Assembly (NCBI GenBank): GCA_965209155.1 | Contig: OZ242383.1 | Location: 3,200,001-3,264,000 of the forward strand | Source of the DNA: a bacterium | GTDB taxonomy: Bacteria; SAR324; NAC60-12 | Direction: 5' to 3' | Length of the DNA: 64,000 nt | In this document: in pieces, positions 19,002 to 29,043 of the stretch | How the letters are laid out: every line of letters starts with the position of its first letter | How positions within the stretch are numbered: position 1 is the first letter of the stretch | Notes under the pieces: generated by a model | Told to the model about the DNA's origin: nothing | Databases searched by the model: none | Seen by the model: only the letters and a program-made list of their open reading frames with translations | Program-made: the position numbers and the translations under genes

Positions 19002-19376
19002 TCATCGTTTCAGCCATTCTTGAAAGCCTATAAGCCAAATTCCCAGGACGTTGATCAAGCATAAAAATACTGCTGCGCTTCCTAAATCCTTAGCCCGTTT
19101 TGATAGAGGGTGTTGATCCAAAGAAACACGATCCACAATCGCTTCAATAGCAGAATTGAGAATTTCAACAATCAATACCAGGAGCACACTGCCAACCATC
19201 ATGGCTCTCATAGAAAAGTTGATTGAAAGAAAAAAAGGAATTGGAATCATCAAACAGGCAAGAATCAATTCCAGTCGGAAAGCCGCTTCATTCTGAAAAG
19301 CTGCTTTTAAACCATCCCAAGAATAGAAAAAAGCTCTGCAAATTCTTAAAATTCCATTATTTTCATTTTTTTTCAT
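19002..19376 (-). CDS. dgkA: Diacylglycerol kinase
   Basis: EAAFRLE, EILNSAIEAIVD and AKDLGSAAV motifs. Confidence 0.95.
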   Translation of the reverse strand: MKKNENNGILRICRAFFYSWDGLKAAFQNEAAFRLELILACLMIPIPFFLSINFSMRAMMVGSVLLVLIVEILNSAIEAIVDRVSLDQHPLSKRAKDLGSAAVFLCLINVLGIWLIGFQEWLKR

Positions 19377-19434
19377 GGAACAAATTCAATATCAATTCAG
19401 CTTTCGTACTCAGAAGTTCAACGACGATTTTAAT

Positions 19435-19996
19435 TAATCTCATTAAACCACCAGCTCTGCTGGTGCGAACCTAATAGGCTTTGCCGGTCAGACATGAGAA
19501 ACGTATCCGTGTCCGTTAGCCGTGCTCGTGCTCGTGAACGGTCAGTGAATTCGACGGCACATTTTGGTTAACATAGAAACAATGCGATGAAGTAACTGTT
19601 TCCCTTCGTCAAATAAAGGAGGCTGGATGATCTTCAACACGTTTAAAACATCGAGAATAGCAGCGCATTCCATTGCGGAACCTCGGTCAAATGCATAGAA
19701 TCGTTGCTTGTCAGGAAAGGAATTTTTTCCACAGCCTTCTGCGATATTGAGAGGAATCGACCATGAGGTCCTTTTCAGTTGGTCAACTCAGGCTGAGTAT
19801 CCTTTTGGCAATGTTTCGATGACTTGGACAGATAACGCTAAAAATTCGATGGAACATTGGTATACCTCGAGTTTTTCATGATCTGACATGGCAGCCTTTT
19901 TCGTTCACGAGCACGAGCACGTCTTACGATGACGAACACGTTTTGCCCTCATCCTGGGGGCCTCTTCAAGCCACCGGCTCTGCCGGTGGTGATGAC
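19435..19996 (+). mobile_element. IS200/IS605-ended four-helix-bundle element, copy 2 (562 bp)
   Basis: Same ends after TTAAT; right end 20 bp from the 3' end of selC. Confidence 0.9.
19542..19889 (-). pseudogene. Four helix bundle gene with nonsense mutation
   Basis: Leu codon TTA of the other copies is TGA here (19788-19790). Confidence 0.85.
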
Positions 19997-20016
19997 TTTA
20001 TGATCCACAAATCCGA

Positions 20017-20115
20017 TGGCGGAGATGTGTGAGAATCGAACTCACCTGTGACAGTGTTAGTGCCACACACGCGGGTTTGAAGCCCGGGGCGCCCACCAGT
20101 GACGCATCCATCTCC
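20017..20115 (-). tRNA. selC: tRNA-Sec (anticodon TCA)
   Basis: Minus strand GGAGATGG...GGCTTCAAACCC...long variable arm...GTTCGATTC...CATCTCCGCCA; 99 nt. Confidence 0.92.
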
Positions 20116-20228
20116 CTGAAATCGAAATTGGAATAAAAAAACAAATTTTGAATCCGGCGTCAGCCCCCATCTATTCTTCGATGGGAAACGTTGACATCAT
20201 TTTCTCCGCAGGAAACATCGTTTTCAAG

Positions 20229-21815
20229 TTAAAATCCGACGGCCTGTCCGTCTTTGCGTGGTTCGCTGGCAGCCAGGTAGCCATCCTCGAGCTTCCAAAC
20301 GCACTGTCCCCCTCCAAAATTCGGTCCAATGGGATGAATGGTAATTTGGTGGCCACGGTCCTTTAAATCGTCAAGGGTGGTAGGTTCGATCCCCTCTTCC
20401 ATCCAGATATCATCGGGTCTATTGATCATCCAGCGAGGAGCGTCCAGCGCCATTTGAGGATTCTGTTTCCAGAATGTGAATCGTAACACCATTTGCAAGT
20501 GTCCCTGGGCTTGCATGTGTCCTCCCATAACGCCAAAAGCAGAACGGGGCCGGTTATCCTGGTAAATCATCGCAGGAATGATTGTATGCAGGGGGCGTTT
20601 CCCGCCGTCAACACAATTGGGGTGATTTTTATCGAGTACAAAACATGCACCGCGGTTTTGCAGGCTGATTCCGGTTTCTGGAACGACCACCCCCGAGCCA
20701 AAACCGGCAAAATTCGATTGAATGAAAGATACCATCATCCCGCCCTGGTCCCCACAGCAAAGATAGACCGTTCCCCCTGGTAAAGGAACGCCGGTTTGAG
20801 GAAAACCGGCTTGTTTCATGTTGATTTGCTGTGCTCTTTGCTTCAAGTAGTCGGGGTCCAGCAACGATTGTGGCGGAATCTGCATGAATGCCGGGTCGGA
20901 TACATGGGAATGCAAGTCGGCAAATGCCAGCTTCATGGCTTCCAACTGGATGTGAAGGGCATCAGACGACTCGGGATTCAAACTTTCCAGATTAAAGTAC
21001 CGGCAAATTCCGAGAGCAATCAAAGCGGCCAATCCCTGGCCATTGGGTGGAAGTTCATAAAGATCGAAATTTTGGACATCAATAGAAAGAGGCGAGACCC
21101 ACTCAACCCGATGCGAATGCAGATCTTCGAGTTCCATGGCGCCTCCCTGGGCTTTGCTGTGGGCAATAATCTTTTCAGCCAGATCTCCATGATAAAATGC
21201 TTCTCCCTTCGATTCAGAAATTTTATGTAAAGTTTCTGCAATATAGGGATTTTTAAAAAGTTCTCCAGCTCGAGGGGCGCGTCCTCCAGGGGCAAAAGTT
21301 GACAATAAATCTTCACGATCATTAAAATGGTCGACTTGTAACGCCCAACTGCTGGCGGTCACTGGCGAGACGAGAAATCCCTCCCGAGCGTAGCGAATGG
21401 CAGGTTCGAATAAGTCGGCAAACTCGAGTTTTCCATAGTTCCGGGAGCATTCAACCCAAGCCGAAACCGCTCCGGGAACCGTGACCGTATCCCAGCCATT
21501 ATGGGGCATCGTCGAATATTCAGAAAAATATTTCCTGGACCATTTCTTGGGACTTTTGCCAGAGGCATTCAATCCAATCAGTTGATCTCCTTGATTGAAC
21601 AAAACGAAGGCATCACCCCCGATGCCATTGGAAGTGGGTTCGACAACCGTAAGAGTTATTGCAGCCGCCAATGCGGCGTCCATTGCGTTTCCACCACGGT
21701 GGAGCATTTCCAGACCGGCTTGGGCTGCGAGAGGTTGTGAAGTGGTAACGACGTTTTTAGCAAGTACAGGTCGACGAGTGGAGGGATAAAGTTGATTCCA
21801 GAAGTTGGCAGTCAT
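20229..21815 (-). CDS. ggt: Gamma-glutamyltransferase family protein
   Basis: GGNAMDAA, TVVEPTSNGIGGD, catalytic Thr in GTVY, GKRPLHTI and RKDGQAVG motifs. Confidence 0.92.
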   Translation of the reverse strand: MTANFWNQLYPSTRRPVLAKNVVTTSQPLAAQAGLEMLHRGGNAMDAALAAAITLTVVEPTSNGIGGDAFVLFNQGDQLIGLNASGKSPKKWSRKYFSEYSTMPHNGWDTVTVPGAVSAWVECSRNYGKLEFADLFEPAIRYAREGFLVSPVTASSWALQVDHFNDREDLLSTFAPGGRAPRAGELFKNPYIAETLHKISESKGEAFYHGDLAEKIIAHSKAQGGAMELEDLHSHRVEWVSPLSIDVQNFDLYELPPNGQGLAALIALGICRYFNLESLNPESSDALHIQLEAMKLAFADLHSHVSDPAFMQIPPQSLLDPDYLKQRAQQINMKQAGFPQTGVPLPGGTVYLCCGDQGGMMVSFIQSNFAGFGSGVVVPETGISLQNRGACFVLDKNHPNCVDGGKRPLHTIIPAMIYQDNRPRSAFGVMGGHMQAQGHLQMVLRFTFWKQNPQMALDAPRWMINRPDDIWMEEGIEPTTLDDLKDRGHQITIHPIGPNFGGGQCVWKLEDGYLAASEPRKDGQAVGF

Positions 21816-22288
21816 GTTCGTTAATTGATAGTAGTTGTTCGTTTCAAGCAACCGCTTTCATGCTTCGTGAAGGAGGCGATGTTTTCCGTAGACCGTCCGA
21901 GTTCGATGAGAAATTCATCATTTAAATTCTTATAATTTTTTACAGGCTTGACTAAAAATCTCTTGCTTCCATAGAAAAAAGGGGTTCAACGATTATTCAC
22001 AAAAAGGAATGTTTTTTCTCAAACGTATTGGCTGAAAAAGTAGCACCGATGAAATCTTTTATCAACGAGAATCACCCCTCGAAATTTTTCGGAGGTTTTG
22101 TTTTTTCCAATTGAAATAGCTGCTGATTGTTTAACCTTCAATACCAAAACAAGACGAGGCGTATTTCCATTCTTCAGCAGGATCTTGATTTTGATCTGTC
22201 AACTTCCAACTAAATTGAGTAAATATATAACATTGTTGACGTTATGAAGGTTCATAGCCGATTGAAAGACTGAATAGAAGGTGAAACC

Positions 22289-23896
22289 ATGAGAGAGTTT
22301 TATTTCCAACCAATGTTTGAAGAAATGGAGGATACTACGGAGTATAGAAAAATCTCCGGGAATTACGTCTCCACACAACCTTTCGGGAACCAGGAAATGT
22401 TAATGGTGGACAGCAAAGGGCTGGAGATTCTGGCAAAAGAAGCCTTGGACGATGTCTCTCATTTGCTGCGCAGTTCTCATCTGGAAATGCTGGAGAGGAT
22501 CCTCAAGGATCCGGAAGCATCTTCCAATGACAAGTTCGTAGCAATGGAACTTTTAAAAAATGCAATCATCGCAGCCGAAAGAGTTTTTCCATCTTGTCAA
22601 GATACCGGAACTGCTATCGTAATGGCCAATAAAGGAGAAATGGTCCATGTGTACGGTGATGATGAGGAAGCCTTGTCCCGGGGGATTTATGCAACTTTCC
22701 AGGATCGCAATCTTCGATTTTCCCAATTAGCCCCGCTTTCCATGTATGATGAAAAAAATACCGGAAATAATTTGCCTGCCCAGATTGATCTGCTGAGTAA
22801 GAAAGGCGACAGCTATGAATTTTTATTTATTGCCAAAGGAGGTGGCAGCGCCAATAAGTCTTTCCTGTATCAGAAAACCAAATCATTGCTGAATCCTCAG
22901 TCGATGGAACGATTCGTCAAAGAATCTTTGAATAGTTTGGGTACCGCGGCCTGTCCGCCTTACCACCTGGCCCTGGTGATTGGCGGACCCTCTGCAGAAT
23001 CCAATTTAAAGACAGTCAAACTGGCTTCCTGCGGTTATTACGATAACCTGTCTGAGACGGGCAATATCCATGGCCGCGCATTCCGGGACAAGGAATTCGA
23101 GACGATAGTGGAAAAATGGGCTCGGGAAGGGGGTATCGGAGCTCAGTTTGGGGGTAAATATTTTGTACACGACGTGAGAGTCATCCGTATGCCTCGCCAT
23201 GGCGCTTCCTGTCCTGTTGGCATCGGCGTGAGCTGTGCGGCAGACCGACAAATCAAAGGAAAGATCAATAAGGACGGAATTTTTCTGGAACAACTGGAAA
23301 GCGACCCGGCTCGTTTTTTGCCCGCAGATCTCACCGATCTGGAAAAAGAAGAAGCCATAGTCATTGATTTGAATCAACCGATGGAAGAGATCCGCAAGAC
23401 ACTCAGAAGCTTGAAAGTGGCTACCAGAATCATACTCAACGGACCCATGATTGTTGCCCGCGATATAGCCCATGCCAAACTTAAAGAAGGTCTGGACCGA
23501 GGAGAAGGATTACCTGAATATTTTAAAGAATTTCCCGTATATTATGCAGGGCCCGCAAAAACACCAAAAGGTTATCCTTCAGGAAGTTTCGGCCCCACCA
23601 CTTCGCAACGAATGGACCCTTATGTGCCGGTTTTCCAAAAGGAAGGGGGGTCTTTGGTCATGTTGGGTAAAGGGAATCGCAGTCCTTTGGTTACTAAAAG
23701 TTGTAAAAAATATGGCGGTTTTTACCTGGGTTCCATCGGAGGACCTGCTGCTCGCTTGGGGAGGGATTGTATTAAAAAAGTAACCATCCAGGAATTTGAG
23801 GAATTGGGTATGGAAGCAATTTGGAAAATCGAAGTGGAAAATTTTCCCGCCTTCATCATTTGCGATGATAAAGGGAACGATTTTTTCAGAAATTGA
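22289..23896 (+). CDS. Class I (Fe-S) fumarate hydratase
   Basis: [23 protein letters not shown] and GSFGPTT motifs. Confidence 0.95.
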   Translation: MREFYFQPMFEEMEDTTEYRKISGNYVSTQPFGNQEMLMVDSKGLEILAKEALDDVSHLLRSSHLEMLERILKDPEASSNDKFVAMELLKNAIIAAERVFPSCQDTGTAIVMANKGEMVHVYGDDEEALSRGIYATFQDRNLRFSQLAPLSMYDEKNTGNNLPAQIDLLSKKGDSYEFLFIAKGGGSANKSFLYQKTKSLLNPQSMERFVKESLNSLGTAACPPYHLALVIGGPSAESNLKTVKLASCGYYDNLSETGNIHGRAFRDKEFETIVEKWAREGGIGAQFGGKYFVHDVRVIRMPRHGASCPVGIGVSCAADRQIKGKINKDGIFLEQLESDPARFLPADLTDLEKEEAIVIDLNQPMEEIRKTLRSLKVATRIILNGPMIVARDIAHAKLKEGLDRGEGLPEYFKEFPVYYAGPAKTPKGYPSGSFGPTTSQRMDPYVPVFQKEGGSLVMLGKGNRSPLVTKSCKKYGGFYLGSIGGPAARLGRDCIKKVTIQEFEELGMEAIWKIEVENFPAFIICDDKGNDFFRN

Positions 23897-24002
23897 AATA
23901 AGGTAAGCTGAGTTCGCCATTACTCATCAATCACAGGAGTATCCTGGTGTCTATGCCATCCTCGCTCAATCCCGGATCATCCTGATCCCGGATCATCCCG
24001 GA

Positions 24003-24362
24003 CTAGATCCGGGACCAGGATGATCCCCGCTCCCCATCCCGCCAGGTGAGGATTCCTTTTCCATGCGCCATGTCATTTCGCCATTCGCCTTCGTATCGAG
24101 CCCCATCCGGCCAGGTGAGGGTCCCCTTTCCATGTTTCATGTTGTTTTGCCACTCTCCCTCGTAAAGTCTACCGTCTTCATCGGTCCAGGAAGCCCATTC
24201 CTCTGTTTCCGGGGGAACCTCCGGCTTGATCTCACTGGATGCCTGGCTTCCCACCTGGTTGACTTCATCCGGCGGCAGCCATTGGGTGGGGTTCGTACAG
24301 GCGATCAATGCGGAGGAGAGCAAAAAGGCTATGATTTTCAAGATTCGATTCGTTTTTTTCAT
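24003..24362 (-). CDS. MORN-repeat lipoprotein, probably C-terminally truncated
   Basis: MKKTNR...LIAC lipobox; two YEGEW..HGKG.LTW repeats; ends in a GGATCATCC repeat tangle. Confidence 0.7.
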   Translation of the reverse strand: MKKTNRILKIIAFLLSSALIACTNPTQWLPPDEVNQVGSQASSEIKPEVPPETEEWASWTDEDGRLYEGEWQNNMKHGKGTLTWPDGARYEGEWRNDMAHGKGILTWRDGERGSSWSRI

Positions 24363-24502
24363 TTTCCTTCCTGTCGATGATGGCGCAAGTCGAGAAGAAG
24401 CAACGTCTCCGCTCGATGGGCCTGGTTTTTGCGCAACGTCCCATGCGGATGGTCCGGAATTGTACTCGATTTGAGGCAGGGTTACAACTTCGAGAGGAGC
24501 CC

Positions 24503-25774
24503 TCAGGCGACCGGGGGAATATCGCTCCACCCGGACAGGTATCGCGGGGATTTGTGAGACTGCTTCATTTTCCATGCTTTGTCGTAAACCCCGCATGAGG
24601 CCACCCTCAGCGTCATGGGCCCCTCTTTTTGATTGATGCGGTCCATGGCCTTCATCAGGACGAGATCCTTTTCGGTATCCCCTGGTTCCAGGAATGACAG
24701 TTGAGAGGAGGATTGATCCCGGATGCCCGACAACTTGACCAGCGCTTTTTTGTATTCGTACCCTTCCCGGTAGAGCTGTTCGAGCAGGGAGAGGGCGTAT
24801 TTGATCACTTTCCTCGTATCGGCCGTGTACGAGAGATAGTGTTTGCAATCCACTGCGTAGTACTGGGGTGTCTTTTTGAAAGGGTTCGTCCGGATCCAGA
24901 CTTCGACCGTGGAGCATACCGACCTTTGTTTTCTCAATTTTTCACAGGCCACCGAAGCGTAATGGGAAACCGCTTCACGCAAGCTCTCCAGGTCATAAAC
25001 CGCATCGCCGAAGGTACGGCTGCTGAGAATCTCTTTTTTCTTTTGCACCTCCAATTCGAGTTCGAAGCAAGGATTCCCTCGTAACTCTTCCTGTATTCTT
25101 CTGCCGACGATGGAAGTTTTTTTCCGGATCAGGCCTTCGTTGTTGAAATCCCGGAAATCCTTTGCAGTATGGATGTGGAGCTTCCTGAAACTCTGCGCAA
25201 TGCGCCGTCCGATCCCCCACACCTCCTCGATGTCCAGTTGCGCGAGGACCTGGTCTTGTTGCCGGCGGTTCATCACGCAAACCACTCCTTTGCCGGAGTC
25301 CTGTTTTTTGGCATAAGCATTGGCTGCTTTGGCCAGCACCTTGGTGGGACCAATCCCGATGCTCACCGGAATTCCCGTATCGCGCTCCACGATTTTTTTG
25401 ATTTGCGTTCCGTATTCATGCAGTCCCCGCTTTTCAAACCCGCTCAAGTTCAAAAACGCTTCATCCACCGAGTAAATCTCCAACTCCGGCGTGAATCGAC
25501 TCAGGGTGACCATCACCCGATCGCTCATGTTGGTATACAAAGCGAAGTTCGAACTGAAGACGGCCACCTTGTTTTTTTCGCAAACGTCCTTGTATTTGAA
25601 ATAAGGCGCCCCCATCGGAATACCGAGCTTTTTCAATTCCACCGTCCTGGAAACGAAGCACCCGTCGTTGTTGGAAAGGACGCCCACCGGAATACCGAGC
25701 AGGTCGGGCCGGAACAATCGCTCACAGGCGCAGTAGAAGGCGTTGCAGTCGACCAGGGCGAATACTTGATTCAT
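24503..25774 (-). CDS. umuC: Y-family DNA polymerase V subunit
   Basis: DCNAFY.ACER, VLSNNDGC, YSVDEAFL and C-terminal KSPRY motifs; ATGA overlap with umuD. Confidence 0.93.
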   Translation of the reverse strand: MNQVFALVDCNAFYCACERLFRPDLLGIPVGVLSNNDGCFVSRTVELKKLGIPMGAPYFKYKDVCEKNKVAVFSSNFALYTNMSDRVMVTLSRFTPELEIYSVDEAFLNLSGFEKRGLHEYGTQIKKIVERDTGIPVSIGIGPTKVLAKAANAYAKKQDSGKGVVCVMNRRQQDQVLAQLDIEEVWGIGRRIAQSFRKLHIHTAKDFRDFNNEGLIRKKTSIVGRRIQEELRGNPCFELELEVQKKKEILSSRTFGDAVYDLESLREAVSHYASVACEKLRKQRSVCSTVEVWIRTNPFKKTPQYYAVDCKHYLSYTADTRKVIKYALSLLEQLYREGYEYKKALVKLSGIRDQSSSQLSFLEPGDTEKDLVLMKAMDRINQKEGPMTLRVASCGVYDKAWKMKQSHKSPRYLSGWSDIPPVA

Positions 25775-26121
25775 CGGATTTCTCGCGCAGTGGCCACCAC
25801 GATTCCCCAAACGGCGACTTCCGTTTCATTCGGAATTCGTATATCCTGGTAATCAGGGTTATCCGATCTCAGTATCACGCCGTTTTTGAAACGAAATATT
25901 CGTTTGCAAAGCAGTTCTCCTTCGAATGCGATGACCGCCACCCGGCCGTCCACCGGGTCGATACTGCGGTCAACGATTAAAACGTCGTCCGGGAGAATGA
26001 GAGGCGCCATCGCCTTGCCGGAAGCCTTGAAGAAGAAAGTGGAGGCCTTGTTTTTAACGAAACGCTCATCGAGCGATTGGTACTTTTCGCTGAAATCATC
26101 ATGAATGCCAAACAATCCCAT
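25771..26121 (-). CDS. umuD: UmuD-like S24 family protein (UmuD'-length, catalytic Ser absent)
   Basis: STFFFKASGKAM...DVLIVDRS...GELLCKR...VWGIV; coupled to umuC. Confidence 0.85.
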   Translation of the reverse strand: MGLFGIHDDFSEKYQSLDERFVKNKASTFFFKASGKAMAPLILPDDVLIVDRSIDPVDGRVAVIAFEGELLCKRIFRFKNGVILRSDNPDYQDIRIPNETEVAVWGIVVATAREIR

Positions 26122-26204
26122 CCTTGCCTCGTAACGTATTTTAAGTCATAAGAATAATATAATACGTATATAATTAAATTTCAACATGCAATCAAGAGCA
26201 ATCC

Positions 26205-26939
26205 ATGTGTTTTTCCGTCGAAGTGGACAAAGACATTAAAAAACTGGCGGCACGCTTCCATGCATCGATCGACCGTCATGCTTTCGATCAATTTTCGTCC
26301 ATGCAAAAAATAGAGACGGAATGGGACGAGGCAGGCATCAAAGAAACCCTCGGCTTGAAAAGGAAGCCCACCTCTCCTTTTTTTAAAGAAGCCGGTAGCA
26401 ATGCTCGCATTTACCCGGGATATTTCGCACCGGTCATCGTCTGGGAAAATGGGATGAGGCAGATCCGTCCCATGCGCTATCGAGTGAGACCCCACGGATC
26501 GGCAGTGGAGATTCCTGCCCGGTTCAACGTTTTCAATGCCCGCCTCGATTCCCTGGAAACGCGGCGAACCTGGAAGGGCCTGTTCATGAAGAAACATGCC
26601 TTGTTTCCATTTTTCCGCTTTTTTGAATGGGTCCGCAATGTGAAAGGAAAGAAAGAACTGGTTGCCTTCGCCCCGGACAACTACGACCTTATGTGGGCTC
26701 CTGCCCTTTATGACAGTTGGGTATCGAAAGACAACACAATGGGCTTTCACTCATTTGCGGTGATCACCGACGACCCGCCACCGGAAATCGAGGAACAAGG
26801 GCACGACCGTTGTCCCATCTTTCTGCAGGAAACCCGGATCGATGACTGGCTTCAACCCCAGGGAAAATCTGGAGCATACTTCTACGAATTACTGCGACGC
26901 AAAGAACCCGTTCACTACCGTCACATGTCACCTACTTAA
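26205..26939 (+). CDS. SOS response-associated peptidase (SRAP/YedK family)
   Basis: N-terminal Met-Cys; FNARLD, FFEW and HDRCP motifs. Confidence 0.85.
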   Translation: MCFSVEVDKDIKKLAARFHASIDRHAFDQFSSMQKIETEWDEAGIKETLGLKRKPTSPFFKEAGSNARIYPGYFAPVIVWENGMRQIRPMRYRVRPHGSAVEIPARFNVFNARLDSLETRRTWKGLFMKKHALFPFFRFFEWVRNVKGKKELVAFAPDNYDLMWAPALYDSWVSKDNTMGFHSFAVITDDPPPEIEEQGHDRCPIFLQETRIDDWLQPQGKSGAYFYELLRRKEPVHYRHMSPT

Positions 26940-27443
26940 ATTCCGGACCGAACCTGCTTGACTTTATAAATTTCAAGGGAGAAAAACAGCGTTTGAAAGC
27001 ATCGAGTTTATCCCCGAGTGAAGTCATGACGATTTTGATTCACTTTCATCAATCCCACTATCGGGAGTTGAAATCCTATTATCGCGATTATGTTTCTCGT
27101 CATCTTCGCGCAGAATTTCCCCAATTAGTGAGTTACAACCGATTGGTCGAACTGCAACAATCGGTGTTGTTGCCTTTGTGTTACTACCTGCAAAGCCGCC
27201 AAGGTCTTTGCAGTGGTATCAGCTATATTGATTCGACTTCTTTGGCCGTTTGTCATAATCGTCGTATTCAGCGCTATCGCCGCTTCGCGGGATTAGCCGC
27301 TCGGGGCAACTGGATCGCCTCTTGTTGAGAAAACGCTTCATTATTGAAACCATCAACGACCCACTGAAAAATATTTCAGAAATTGAGCATTCCAGACATC
27401 GCAGTGTCAAAAACTTTATGGCTAATTTACTTGTTGGCTTAAT

Positions 27444-27999
27444 TAATCTCATTAAACCACCAGCTCTGCTGGTGCGAACCTAATAGGCTTTGCCGGTCAG
27501 ACATGAGAAACGTATCCGTGTCCGTGAGCCGTGCTCGTGAACGGTCAGTGAATTCGACGGCACATTTTGGTTAACATAGAAACAATGCGATGAAGTAACT
27601 GTTTCCCTTCGTCAAATAAAGGAGGCTGGATGATCTTCAACACGTTTAAAACATCGAGAATAGCAGCGCATTCCATTGCGGAACCTCGGGCCAATGCATA
27701 GAATCGTTGCTTGTCAGGAAAGGAATTTTTTCCACAGCCTTCTGCGTTATTGAGAGGAATCGACCATGAGGCCCTTTTCAGTTGGTCAACTAAGGCTGAG
27801 TATCCTTTTGGCAATGTTTCGTTGACTTGGACAGATAACGCTAAAAATTCGATGGAACATTGGTATACATCGAGTTTTTCATGATCTGACATGGCAGCCT
27901 TTTTCGTTCACGAGCACGAGCACGTCATACGATGACGAACACGTTTTGCCCTCATACTGGGGGCCTCTTCAAGCCACCGGCTCTGCCGGTGGTGATGAC
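27444..27999 (+). mobile_element. IS200/IS605-ended four-helix-bundle element, copy 3 (556 bp)
   Basis: Same ends; one GTGCTC unit fewer; inserted in the IS982 remnant. Confidence 0.9.
27545..27892 (-). CDS. Four helix bundle protein
   Basis: Near-identical to 2459-2806. Confidence 0.9.
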   Translation of the reverse strand: MSDHEKLDVYQCSIEFLALSVQVNETLPKGYSALVDQLKRASWSIPLNNAEGCGKNSFPDKQRFYALARGSAMECAAILDVLNVLKIIQPPLFDEGKQLLHRIVSMLTKMCRRIH

Positions 28000-28154
28000 T
28001 GCTTATACCTGGCAACCGAAAGAGCCGGCCCTCAATATCGGAATGAAAGAGGCAACACAGCTGCAAATCATTTAATTCCTTATCTCGAACTCAGGTTAAA
28101 ATACTGAATTTATGAAATGCTTATCTCGAACTCAGGTTAAGTTATCGATATAAT

Positions 28155-28231
28155 TGGTAGCAGGGGGGAGAATTGAACTCCCGACCTCAGGGTTATGAAT
28201 CCTGCGCTCTCACCAGCTGAGCTACCCTGCC
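28155..28231 (-). tRNA. tRNA with CAT anticodon (elongator Met or Ile2)
   Basis: Minus strand GGCAGGGTAGCTCAGCTGG...TTCATAA...GTTCAATTC...CCCTGCTACCA; 77 nt. Confidence 0.92.
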
Positions 28232-28325
28232 AATTTGAGAAGAAAAGGAAATCCAGGTATGATTCAGAAATGCAGGGGAAACATTCTCGCTTTTCATTGT
28301 TGAGAATGTGAGAGTAAAGATTGTT

Positions 28326-29024
28326 TCAGTTGCCGGATCCGTTTTTATGCTCGAGAAGGGCCCGTTTTTTAAGTTCAAGCAATTCCATATCGACGTCGGT
28401 GTTCCCTCCTTCCAACGCGGCAAACTCTTTTTCCAGACTATCCTTACCTTGTTCCTGGTTCAATTCCATATAGGCTTCCGAACGATCTTGCATGTTTTCG
28501 ACTTTCTGTTCGATACGTTCGATGGTCTCGATGGCCCCTTTGCCATTCATTCCTTGCATGGTTGAAATCATGGTTTTTTGGGCTTCCGCGGTTTTTTGCT
28601 TGGCAATCAATAAACCTTTCTTGCGCTTGATTTCCTCGATTTTATTTTCCAGTTTTTGATAGCTTTGACGCAAAGTTTCTGTGTTTTTAGTGTGAATAAC
28701 CAATTGCTGTTCAAATTCTTCAGCTCGAGTGGCGTGCTCTTTTTTACGTAAAAGCGCTTCTTTAGCTAAGGCGTCTTTTTCATTTTGAACGGCCAGGATC
28801 GCTTTTTGTTCCCAATTTTGAACTTCCTGCTTTTCTTTGGCCAAGGCACGCTCCAGTTTCTTTTGTTCAGCCAGCACGTGGGCTACTTGGGTCTTAGTCT
28901 GGCGTTTCTGGGATTCCATGTCGGTGACCATCTGATTGAGCAATTTCTCAGGATCCTCAGCCTTGTCCAGCGCACTGGTGAGATTTGAACGAACCACGTT
29001 GATGAATCGAGATAAAATTCCCAT
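28326..29024 (-). CDS. pspA: PspA/IM30 family protein
   Basis: MGILSRF...LDKAEDPEKLL.Q; long coiled coil. Confidence 0.9.
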   Translation of the reverse strand: MGILSRFINVVRSNLTSALDKAEDPEKLLNQMVTDMESQKRQTKTQVAHVLAEQKKLERALAKEKQEVQNWEQKAILAVQNEKDALAKEALLRKKEHATRAEEFEQQLVIHTKNTETLRQSYQKLENKIEEIKRKKGLLIAKQKTAEAQKTMISTMQGMNGKGAIETIERIEQKVENMQDRSEAYMELNQEQGKDSLEKEFAALEGGNTDVDMELLELKKRALLEHKNGSGN

Positions 29025-29043
29025 AGTACTCCTGAATCATTAA

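Larger units (their letters stand above)
26980..28097 (+). pseudogene. IS982-family transposase remnant, internally deleted and interrupted by element copy 3
   Basis: [24 protein letters not shown] and IDST motifs; jump near 27310 to [15 protein letters not shown]...HSRHRS; resumes at 28000 (AYTWQPK); terminal TCGAACTCAGGT. Confidence 0.85.

Noticed and set aside
19788..19790. TGA in copy 2 as a selenocysteine codon, given the adjacent selC
   Set aside because: The position is Leu (TTA) in the other four copies, not Cys; a point mutation is simpler.
24363..24917. Long N-terminus of ORF 24003-24917
   Set aside because: It overlaps umuC in another frame; the lipoprotein signal starts at 24362.
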